This document shows, in pieces, positions 1-12,830 of a DNA stretch of 64,000 nucleotides (positions within the stretch are counted from its first letter, which is position 1; every line of letters begins with the position of its first letter). Both the position numbers and the translations under genes were made by a program. The notes under the pieces were generated by a model. That model was not told the DNA's origin. It did not search any database and worked only from the letters and a program-made list of their open reading frames with translations. The DNA comes from Haplodiscus bocki (Eukaryota). The stretch is from NCBI GenBank assembly GCA_965655095.1, contig OZ296656.1:9548001-9612000 (forward strand). Reading direction: 5' to 3'.

Positions 1-3000
1 TAAAACCTCACTTTTACATTTTCATCCCAGAGTAATTCCCTTGAACTTCACACCCTTCACTTTTTTATATCATGACAATTTCAACCCATTACAATATCAA
101 TCCCTTACAGTTTCATCCCATAAAACTTCAACCCATTGCAATTTCATCCCATACAACTTGCTCTGCTGGCACTTTAAATCCATCACGATTTCTTCCGATG
201 ACAGTCTCAGCCGACAAAAAACCCAACTCCTTACATTTTCTTTTTATAGAACTTCAAGCCCTGGCACTTTACACCCATTACATGTTCATCCCATGACAAA
301 TGCACATCATTAAAACTTCAGCCAACTACAAGTTCATCCCATACAACTTCAACTTTTTGCGCTTTACATCCATCAGAATTTCATTTCATAACCTTTTCAC
401 CACAATAAAGTCTCAATGCTTTACATTTTGATCCCATAAAAACTTCAACCTCTTGCAACTTCCACATAACAGTTCTATTCCATGACAATTTCAACACATT
501 AAACTTTCAACCCCGTACAACATCAAACGCTTGCACATTCAGCCGATCACAATTCCATTCCGTGACAATTTCACAGCAATAAAAAATCAACCCATTACAA
601 ATTCATCACATACAACTTCAACAACCTGCTTTTCACAACCACCACAATTTTATCCCATGATGATTTCACCCCATTGAATTTTCAAACCCATACACCTTCA
701 TCCCAAACTACTTCAACCCTTTGCACTTAACACAAAACGCAATTTCATCCAACCACCAATGCACTCCAAAAAAATTCAACACCTTACAAATTCAAGCCGT
801 ACAACTTGCGCCCCTGGCACTTTTAACACTTCAGGATTTCGTCTGATGACACTTTCAGCCGACAGAAAATCCCAAACCCTTACATTTCCTTTTTGAACAA
901 CTTTAAACCCTGGCACTTTGCACCCTTTACATGTTCATGCGGTAACAAATGCACCCCAATAAAATTTCAACCCACTACAAAATCACCCCACACAACTCCA
1001 ACTTTTTGCGCTTCACATCCATCACAATTTCAGCCCACTAAAAACTCAACCCTTTACAATTTCATCCCATGAATCTTCGATGCCTTGCATGTAAAGTGCA
1101 CCATCATTTTATCCCATGACAATTTCAACCCAAAAAATTTCAACAATTCACAGTATCATCCCATGACAATTTCACCCCATTAGAATTTCTACTCATCACA
1201 ATTTCACCACATACAACTACAACAACTTGCATTTTACAACCATCACAAATTCATCCCATGACATTTTCACCCCATTGAAATTTCACACCCCTTACACTTT
1301 CATCCCAAACAACTTCAACCCCTTGACTTTTAAACCCACCACAATTCAGACCCTGAAAATTTCACCCTATTACAAAACCAAGAACTCACATTTTCATCCC
1401 AAGACTGTTTCACGCCATTAAAACCTCACTTTTACATTTTCATCCCATAGTAATACCCTTGAACTTCACACCCTTCACTTTTTTATATCATGACAATTTC
1501 AACCCATTACAATATCAATCCCTTACAGTTTCATCCCATAAAACTTCAACCCATTGCAATTTCATCCCATACAACTTGCTCTGCTGGCACTTTAAATCCA
1601 TCACGATTTCTTCCGATGACAGTCTCAGCCGACAAAAAACCCAACTCCTTACAATTTCGTTTTATAGAACTTCAAGCCCTGGCACTTTACACCCATTACA
1701 TGTTCATCCCATGAAAATTGCACATCATTAAAATTTCAGCCAACTACAAGTTCATCCCATACAACTTCAACTTTTTGCGCTTTACATCCATCACAATTTC
1801 ATTTCATAACCTTTTCACCACAATAAAGTCTCAATGCTTTACATTTTGATCCCATAAAAACTTCAACCTCTTGCAACTTCCACATAACAGTTCTATTCCA
1901 TGACAATTTCAACACATTAAACTTTCAACCCCGTACAACATCAAACGCTTGCACATTCAGCCGATCACAATTCCATTCCGTGACAATTTCACAGCAATAA
2001 AAAATCAACCCATTACAAATTCATCACATACAACTTCAACAACCTGCTTTTTACAACCACCACAATTTTATCCCATGATGATTTCACCCCATTGAATTTT
2101 CAAACCCATACACCTTCATCCCAAACTACTTCAACCCTTTGCACTTAACACAAAACGCAATTTCATCCAACCACCAATGCACTCCAAAAAAATTCAACAC
2201 CTTACAAATTCAAGCCGTACAACTTGCGCCCCTGGCACTTTTAACACTTCAGAATTTCGTCTGATGACACTTTCAGCCGACAGAAAATCCCAAACCCTTA
2301 CATTTCCTTTTTGAACAACTTTAAACCCTGGCACTTTGCACCCTTTACATGTTCATGCGGTAACAAATGCACCCCAATAAAATTTCAACCCACTACAAAA
2401 TCACCCCACACAACTCCAACTTTTTGCGCTTCACATCCATCACAATTTCAGCCCACTAAAAACTCAACCCTTTACAATTTCATCCCATGAATCTTCGATG
2501 CCTTGCATGTAAAGTGCACCATCATTTTATCCCATGACAATTTCAACCCAAAAAAATTCAACAATTCACAGTATCATCCCATGACAATTTCGCCCCATTA
2601 GAATTTCTACTCATCACAATTTCACCACATACAACTACAACAACTTGCATTTTACAACCATCACAAATTCATCCCATGACATTTTCACCCCATTGAAATT
2701 TCACACCCCTTACACTTTCATCCCAAACAACTTCAACCCCTTGACTTATAAACCCACCAAAATTCAGACCCTGAAACTTTCTCCCTTTTACAATAGCAAG
2801 CCCTAACATATTCATCCCAAGACTATTTCACGCCCTTAAAACCTCACTTTTACATTTTCATCCCATAGTATTTCCCTTGAACTTCACACCCTTCACTTTT
2901 TTATATCATGACAATTTCAACCCATTACAATATCAATCCCTTACTGTTTCATCCCATAAAACTTCAACCGCCTTGCAATTTCATCCCATACAACTTGCAC

Positions 3001-6000
3001 TGCTGGCACTTTAAACCCATCACGGTTTCTTCCGATGACAGTCTCAGCCGACAAAAAACCCAACTCCTTACATTTTCATTTTATAGAACTTCAAGCCCTG
3101 GCACTTTACACCCATTACATGTTCATCCCATGAAAAATGCACATCATTAAAATTTCAGCCAACTACAAGTTCATCCCATACAACTTCAACTTTTTGCGCT
3201 TTACATCCATCACAATTTCATTTCATAACCTTTTCACCACAATAAAGTCTCAATGCTTTACATTTTGATCCCATAAAAACTTCAACCTCTTGCAATTTCC
3301 ACATAACAGTTCTATTCCATGACAATTTCAACACATTAAACTTTCAACCCCGTACAACATCAAACGCTTGCACATTCAGCCGATCACAATTCCATTCCGT
3401 GACAATTTCACAGCAATAAAAAAATCAACCCATTACAAATTCATCACATACAACTTCAACAACCTGCTTTTTACAACCACCACAATTTTATCCCATGATG
3501 ATTTCACCCCATTGAATTTTCAAACCCATACACCTTCATCCCAAACTACTTCAACCCTTTGCACTTAACACAAAACGCAATTTCATCCAACCACCAATGC
3601 ACTCCAAAAAAATTCAACACCTTACAAATTCAAGCCGTACAACTTGCGCCCCTGGCACTTTTAACACTTCAGGATTTCGTCTGATGACACTTTCAGCCGA
3701 GAGAAAATCCCAAACCCTTACATTTCCTTTTTGAACAACTTTAAACCCTGGCACTTTGCACCCTTTACATGTTCATGCGGTAACAAATGCACCCCAATAA
3801 AATTTCAACCCACTACAAAATCACCCCACACAACTCCAACTTTTTGCGCTTCACATCCATCACAATTTCAGCCCACTAAAAACTCAACCCTTTACAATTT
3901 CATCCCATGAATCTTCGATGCCTTGCATGTAAAGTGCACCATCATTTTATCCCATGACAAGTTCAACCCAAAAAATTTCAACAATTCACAGTATCATCCC
4001 ATGACAATTTCACACCATTAGAATTTCTACCCATCACAATTTCACCATATACAACTACAACAACTTGCATTTTACAACCATCACAAATTCATCCCATGAC
4101 ATTTTCACCCCATTGAAATTTCACACCCCTTACACTTTCATCCCAAACAACTTCAACCCCTTGACTTATAAACCCACCAAAATTCAGACCCTGAAAATTT
4201 CTCCCTTTTACAATAGCAAGCCCTAACATATTCATCCCAAGACTATTTCACGCCCTTAAAACCTCACTTTTACATTTTCATCCCATAGTATTTCCCTTGA
4301 ACTTCACACCCTTCACTTTTTTATATCATGACAATTTCAACCCATTACAATATCAATCCCTTACTGTTTCATCCCATAAAAATTCAACCGCCTTGCAATT
4401 TCATGCCATACAACTTGCACTGCTGGCACTTTAAACCCATCACGGTTTCTTCCGATGACAGTCTCAGCCGACAAAAAACCCAACTCCTTACATTTTCGTT
4501 TTATAGAACTTCAAGCCCTGGCACTTTACACCCATTACATGTTCATCCCATGACAAATGCACATCATTAAAATTTCAGCCAACTACAAGGTGATCCCATA
4601 AAACTTCAACTTTTTGCTCTTTACATACATCAAAATTTCATTGCATAACCTTTTTACCACAATAAAGTCTCAACGCTTTACATTTTAATCCCATAAAAAC
4701 TTCAACCTCTTGCAATTTCCACATAACAGTTCTATTCCATGACAATTTCAACACATTAAACTTTCAACCCCGTACAACATCAAACGCTTGCACATTCAGC
4801 CCATCACAATTTCATTGAGTGACAATTTCACAGCATTATATATTCAACCCATTACAAATTCATCACATATAACTTCAACAACCTGCTTCCTACAACCATC
4901 ACAATTTCATCCCATGACAATTTCACCCCACTGAATTTTCAACCCCTTGCACTTTCAACCCAAACAACTTGAACTCTTGCACTTAACACAAAACGCAATT
5001 TCATCCAACCACCAAAGCACTCCAAAAACATTCAACACCTTACAAATTCATCCCGTACAACTTGCACCCCTGGCACTTTTAACCCTTCACGATTTCGTCT
5101 GATGGAACTTTCAGCCGACAGAAAAACCCAAACCCTTACAATTTTTTTTTAAACAACTTTAAACCCTGGCACTTTGCACCCACTACATGATCATCCGGTA
5201 ACAAATGCAACCCAATAAAATTTCAACCCACTACAAGTTCACCCCACACAACTCCAACTTTTTGCGCTTCACATCCATCTTAATATCATCACATGGCAAT
5301 TTCAGCCCACTAAAACCTCAATCCTTTACAATTTCATATATGATTCTTCGATGTCTTGCATTTAAAGTGCACCATCAGTTTATCCCATGACAATTTCAAC
5401 CCAAAAAAATTCAACATTTCACAGTATCTTCCCATGACAATTTCACCCCATTAGAATTTCTACCCATCACAATTTCACCACATACAACTACAACAACTTG
5501 CATTTTACAACCATCACAAATTCATCCCATGACATTTTCACCCCATTGAAATTTCACACCCCTTACACTTTCATCCCAAACAACTTCAACCCCTTGACCC
5601 TTAAACCCACCACAATTCAGACCCTGAAAATTTCAACCTTTTACAAAATCGAGCCCTCACATATTCATCCCGAGACTATTTCACGCCATTAAGACATCAC
5701 TTTTACGTTTTCATCACATAGTATTTCCCTTGAACTTCACACCCTTCACTTTTTTATATCATGACAATTTCAACGCATTACAATATCAATCCATTACAGT
5801 TTCATCCAATAAAACTTCAACCCCTTGCAATTTCATCCCATACAACTTGCACTGCTGGCACTTTAAACCCATCACGATTACTTCCGATGACAGTGTCAGC
5901 CGACAAAAAACCCAACTCCTTACATTTTCGTTTCATACAACTTCAAGCCCTGGCACTTTGCACCCCTTACATGTTTATGCGGTAACAAATGCACCCCAAA

Positions 6001-7100
6001 AAAAATTCAACCCACTACAAGTTCACCCCACACAACTCCAACTTTTTGCGTTTCACATACATCACAGTTTCAGCCCACTAAAACATCAACCCTTTACAAT
6101 ATCATCCCATGAAACTTCGATGCCTTGCATTTAAAGTGCACCATCATTTTATCCCAAGACAATTTCAACCCAAAAAGTTTCAACATTTCAAAGTATCATC
6201 CCATGACAATTTCACCCCATTAGAATTTCTACCCATCACAATTTCACCGCATACAACTACAACAACTTGCATTTTACAACCATCACAAATTCATCCCATG
6301 ACATTTTCACCCCATTGAAATTTCACACTCCTAACACTTTCATCCCAAACAACTTCAACCCCTTGACTTTTGAGCCCACCACAATTCAGACCCTGAAAAT
6401 TTCACCCTTTTACAAAATCGATCCCTCACATATTCATCCCAAGACTATTTCACGCCATTAAAACCTCACTTTTACATTTTCATCACATAGTATTTCCCTT
6501 GAACTTCACACCCTTCACTTTTTTTATCATGACAATTTCAACCCATTACAATATCAATCCCTTACTGTTTCATCCCATAAAACTTCAACCCCTTGCAGTT
6601 TCATCCCATACAACTTGCACTGCTGGCACTTTAAACCCATCACGATTTCTTCCGATGACAGTCTTAGCCGAAAAAAGACCCAACTCCTTACATTTTCGTT
6701 TTATACAACTTCAAGCCCTGGCACTTTACACCCATTACATGTTCATCCCATGACAAATGCACATCATTAAAATTTCAGCCAACTACAAGTTCATCCCATA
6801 AAACTTCAACTTTTTGCTCTTTTCATCCATCAAAATTTCATTGCATAACATTTTTAAAACAATAAATTCTCAACCATCTACATTTTAATCCCATAAAAAC
6901 TTCAACCCCTTGCAATTTCCACATAACAGTTCTATCCCATGACAATTTCAACCCCTTAAAATTTCAACCCCGTACAACTTCAAACGCTTGCACATTCAGC
7001 CCATCACATTTTCATTCCATGACAATTTCACCCAAGTGAATTTTCAACCCCTTACACTTTCATCCCAAGAAACTTCAACCCCTTGCACTTAAAACAAAAC
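1..7100. repeat. HOR domain 1: 1418-bp unit (~15 monomers), 4 full copies, one 769-bp deleted copy, then a diverging partial copy
   Basis: Homologous ORF starts at 72, 1490, 2908, 4328 and 5761 give spacings of 1418, 1418, 1420 and 1433. 5730->6499 and 5498->6267 are both 769. Confidence 0.92.
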
Positions 7101-7725
7101 GCATTTTCATCCAACGACCAATTCACTCCAATAAATTTCAACTCCTTACAAAATCATACCGTAGATCTTGCACTCCCGGCACCTTAAACCCATCACAGTT
7201 TCTTCCGATGACAGTTTCAGCCTAGACAAAACCCAAACCCTCATATTTTCATTTTAAACAACTTCAAACCCTGGCACATTATATCCATTACATGTTCATC
7301 TCGTGACAATTTCACCCCAATAAAAATTCAACCCTTTAGATTTTCCTCCCGTAAAACTTCGACCCCTTGCATTTTAAGCGAACCACGTTTTATCCCATGA
7401 GAACTTGAAGCCAATAGAAATTCAACATTTACATTTTCATCCCATTCAACTTTAACCCCCTACAATTTTCACCTAACACAGATTTGTTCCATGACAATTC
7501 CAACCCATCAAAATTTCAACTCGATACAACTTCAAACCCCTGCACTTCAAGTCTGACACAATTTCATCCCTTGACAGTTTCACTCCATTATTTTTTCAAC
7601 CCATTACGAATTCATCACATACAAGTTCAACACCTTGATTTTTGCAACGATCACAAATTCATCCCAAGACATTTTCACCCCATTGAATTTTCGCACCCCT
7701 TACATTTTCATCCCAATATCTTCAA

Positions 7726-10700
7726 CCCCTTGACCTTTAAACCCAACACATTTCAGGACCTGAAAACTTCACCCTATTACAAAATCAAGCCCTCACATAA
7801 TTATCCCAAGACTATTTCACGCCATTAAATTTCCACCTTTACATTTTCATCCCATAGTGTTTCCCTTGAACTTCACACACTTCACATTTCTATAACATGA
7901 CAATATCAACCCATTACAATATCAATCCCTTATAGTTTCATCCCATATATCTTCAACCCTTTGCAATTTCAACCCATACAACTTCGAGCCTTGTACCTTA
8001 CTCACAGCACGACTTCATTCCATGACATTTTTAATCCAATAAAAGGGAAACCCCTTACAATTTCATTTCTTACAGTTTCAACTCCTTGCATTGTGAACCC
8101 ACTACACTTTCATTCCATGACAAATTCAACCCACTAAAAAAGTCAACCCCTTAAATCTTCATCCCATGCAACTTCAACCCCGTGCACTTCGCACAAATTG
8201 AAAATTCTTCCAGTGACCACTTCAACCCTTTGAAAATTCAAAACCTTACAAATTCACCCTGTACATCTTGCACCATGGACGTTTTTATCCCATCACAATT
8301 TCTTCTGACGACTATTTCAACCCATTAAATTTCAATCCCTTTAAAATTTCATCCCATACCACTGCAACTCATTTGAATTCAAATCCGTCACTTTTTCACC
8401 CCATGACAGTGTTACCCCATTAAGAAAACATCTCCTTAAAAAGCCATCTAATAAATTTTCAGCCCCTTGCACTTCAAACCCATCACACTTTCATCACATG
8501 ATGTTTTCACCCCATTAAAATTTCAACCCCATACAACTTCAAACGCTTGCACTTTCAGCCCATCACAATTTCATTGAGTGACAATTTCACAGCATTATAT
8601 ATTCAACCCATTACAAATTCATCACATATAACTTCAACAACCTGCTTCCTACAACCATCACAATTTCATCCCATGACAATTTCACCCCACTGAATTTTCA
8701 ACCCCTTGCACTTTCAACCCAAACAACTTGAACTCTTGCACTTAACACAAAACGCTATTTCATCCAACGACCAATTCACTTCAATAAATTTCAACACCTT
8801 TCAAAATCATCCCGTACAACTTGTACACCTGGCACCTTAAACCCATCACAATTTCTTCCGATGACAGTTTCAGCCTAAAAAACCCAACGCCTCATAATTT
8901 CATTTTAAACAACTTGAAACCCTGGCACATCACATGCATTACATGTTCATCCCGTGACAATTTCACCCGAATAAAAATTCAACACTTTACAATTTCCTCC
9001 CGCAAAACTTCGACCCCTTGACCTTTAAACCCAACACAATTCAGGCCCTCAAAACTTCACCATATTACAAAGTCAAGCCCTCAGATATTCATCCCAAGAC
9101 TATTTCACGCCATTAAATTTCCACCTTTACATTTTCATCCCATAGTGTTTCCCTTGAACTTCACACACTTCACAATTCTATAACATGACAATATCAACCC
9201 ATTACAATATCAATCCCTTATAGTTTCATCCCATAAATCTTCAACCCTTTGCAATTTCAACCCATACAACTTCGAGCCTTGTACCTTACTCACAGCACGA
9301 CTTCATCCCATGACATTTTTAATCCAATAAAAGGGAAACCCCTTACAATTTCATTTCTTACAGTTTCAACTCCTTGCATTGTGAACCCACTACAATTTCA
9401 TTCCATGACAAACTCAACCCATTAAAAAAGTCAACCCCTTAAATCTTCATCCCATGCAACTTCAACCCCGTGCACTTCGCACAAATTGAAAATTCTTCCA
9501 ATGACCACTTCAACCCTTTGAAAATTCAAAACCTTACAAATTCACCCTGTACATCTTGCACCCCGGACGTTTTTATCCCATCACAATTTTTTCTGACGAC
9601 TATTTCAACCCATTAAATTTCAATCCCTTTAAAATTTCATCCCATACCACTGCAACTCATTTGAATTCAAATCCGTCACTTTTTCACCCCATGACAGTGT
9701 TACCCCATTAAGAAAACATCTCCTTAAAAAGCCATCTAATAAATTTTCAGCCCCTTGCACTTCAAACCCATCACACTTTCATCACATGATGTTTTCACCC
9801 CATTAAAACTTCAACCCCATACAACTTCAAACGCTTGCACTTTCAGCCCATCACAATTTCAATCCGTTACAATTTCACAGCATTAAAAAGTCAACCCTTT
9901 AAAAATTCATCTTAAACAACTTCAACAACCTGCTTTTTACAACCAACACAATTTCATCCCATGACAATTTCACCCCATTGAATTTTCAACCCCTTACTTT
10001 TCCACCCCAAACAACTTCAACCACTTGCACTTAACACAAAACGGAATTTCAACCAACGACCATTTCACTCCAATAAATTTCAACACCTTACAAAATCATC
10101 CCGTAACACTTGCACCCCTGACACCTTAAACCCATCACAATTTTTTCCGATGGCAGTTTCAGCCTACAAAAATCCCAACCCCTCTTATTTTCATTTTAAA
10201 CAACTTCAAACCCTGGCACATTACATCCATTACATGTTCATCCTGTGACAATTTCACCCCAATAAAAACCTAACCTTTTACATTTTCCTCCCATAAAATT
10301 TCGACCCCTTTGCATTTTAGGCGCACCACGATTTTATCCTATGACAACATCAAACCAATAAAAGTTCAACATTTACAGTTTCATCCCATTCAACTTTAAC
10401 CCCTTACAAACTTCACCTAACACAGATTTGTTCCATGATATTTTCACCCCATTGAATTTTCAACCCCTTACACATTCACACCAAACAACTTGAACCCATT
10501 TCACTCAACACAGAAGGCAATTTCATCCAACGACCAATACACTCCAATAAATTTCAACACCTTACAAATTCATCCCGTGACAAATTCACGTGACAATTTC
10601 ACGTGACAATTTCACGCCATTAAAATTTCTACCTAACACAATAATTTCATCACATACAACTACAACAACTTGCTTTTTACAGCCATCACAAATTCGTCCC

Positions 10701-11560
10701 ATGACATTTTCACCCCATTGAATTTTCACATCCCTTACACTTTCATCCCAAACAACTTCAGCTCCTTGCCGTTTAAACCCACCACAATTCAGGCCGTGAA
10801 AATTTCACCCCATTACAAAATCAAGCCCTCCTATATTCATCCCAAGACTATTTCACGCCATTAAAATTCCACCTTTACATTTTCATCCAATAGTATTTCC
10901 CTTGAACTTCACACCCTTCACAATTCTGTATCATGACAATTTCAACCCATTACTTTATCAATCCCTTCCAGTTTCATCCCATAAAACTTCAACCCCTTGC
11001 AAAATCATCCCATACAACTTCGAGTCTTGCACTCTACTCACAGCACGACTTCATCCCATGACATTTTTAATCCAATAAAAGGGAAACCCCTTACAATTTC
11101 ATTTCTTACAGTTTCAACTCCTTGCATTGTGAACCCACTACACTTTCATTCCATGACAAATTCAACCCACTAAAAAAACAACTCCTAAAATTTCATCCCA
11201 TGCAACTTCAACCTCGTGCACTTCGCACAAAATGAAATTTGTTCTAATGACCACTTCAACCAATTGAAAATTCAAACTCTTACAATTTCACCCTGTACAT
11301 CTTGCACCCCGGACAGTTTTAACCCAACGCGATTTCGTCTGATGGCTATTTCAACCCTTTATTATTCAATCCCTTTAAAAATTCATCCCATATAACTTCA
11401 ACTGATTTAAATTCAAATCCGTCACTTTTTCACCCCTCGACAGTATCACCCCATTATAAAAACAACTCCTTAAAAAGTCATCCAATAAATTCTCAACCCC
11501 TCGCACTTCAAAACCATCACACTTTCATCCCATGACGTTTTCAACCCATTAAAAACTCAA
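7726..11560. repeat. HOR domain 2: related units of 1288 bp and 1748 bp plus a diverging partial third copy
   Basis: The GGG of the distinctive AATAAAAGGGAAACCCC landmark is at 8045, 9333 and 11081. TATTTCACGCCATTAAA is at 7813, 9101 and 10849, a landmark shared with domain 1. The right boundary is approximate. Confidence 0.85.
10576..10614. repeat. Micro-tandem, 3 x 13 bp (CGTGACAAWTTCA)
   Basis: Read directly: cgtgacaaattca cgtgacaatttca cgtgacaatttca. Confidence 0.9.
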
Positions 11561-12830
11561 TCCCTCATAATTTCTTCCTGGACAGATTCAACTCCTTGCA
11601 TTTTAAACCTATCACTTTTTCACCCCATGACTATGTCAAACCACTAAAAATTCAACTCCCTAAAATCCTTCCCATAAAACCTCAACTAACTGCATAAAAA
11701 AACAATCATTTTTTCAGCCCATGACAGTGTCACACCTTTAAAAAATCATTTCCTTAAAAAATCATCCTATCAAAATTCAACCACTTGCACTTTATACCCA
11801 TCACACATTCCTCCCATGACATTTTCACTCCAACAAAAATTGCACCCCTAACCATTTCATCCCGAACGATTTAGACCCCTCGCACTTCGAACCCATCACA
11901 CTTTCATCCCATGACAATTTCAACCCAATAAAAACTGAACCCTTAACGAATTCATCTCAGACAACTTCAACTCTTTGCATTTCAAACCCATCTTAATTTC
12001 ATCCCATGACATTTTCAACCATTTAGAAATTCAAACCCCCATATTTACATCCCACACAACTTCAACTGGTTGCAATTTAAACCCATCAGTTTTTCAGTCC
12101 ATGACAGTATCACCCCATTAAACGTTCAACCCCATAAAACTTCATCCCATCATCCTATAGGATTTCAGCCCCTTGCTCTTTACACCCATCATAATTTCAT
12201 CCCATGACAATTTCACTTCAATGAATAGTCAACCTTTTACAAAATCATCACATACAGTTTCAACCCTTGCACTATAAACCCACCACCTTCTCAGACGCCG
12301 AAAATTTCACCCCAATACAATTTCAACCCCTAACACTTTCATCCCATTCATTTTCAACCCCTTGCAATCTGAACCCTTCGTTCTTTCGGCCAATGACAGT
12401 TTCACTCCATTAAAATGTCAGCTCTCACAATTTCATCCCAGACTTTATCCAGCACTTTCACAATACACCCATCACAACTTCATATCATTACAAATTCACA
12501 CCTCTAATTTTTCAACTCTTTACATTTTTATCCCATAAGAATTCAACTCCTCGCACTTCAAACCCAACACAATCTCATCCCATGACCTTTCCACCCAATT
12601 AAAATTTCAATCCCGCACAATTTCATCCCATGTGTTTTCAACTCCTTCCACAAAAAACCCATCACTTTTTCAGCCCATGAGAGTGTCACCCCATTGAATG
12701 TTCAACTCCTTAAAAAATCAGCCTACAAAACTTCAACCACTTGCACTCTACACCCATCAGAATTTCATCCAATGACTTTTTAACCCCATTAAAAATTGAA
12801 CCCCTAACAATTTCATCCCAAATATTTAAG

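Noticed and set aside
8035-8054. AATAAA poly(A)-like signal and GGGAAACCCC NF-kB-like or hairpin motif (also near 9333 and 11081)
   Set aside because: These are point variants of the CCAATAAAAA-TCAACCCC subunit copied by HOR duplication. AATAAA is common in the array and there is no gene context.
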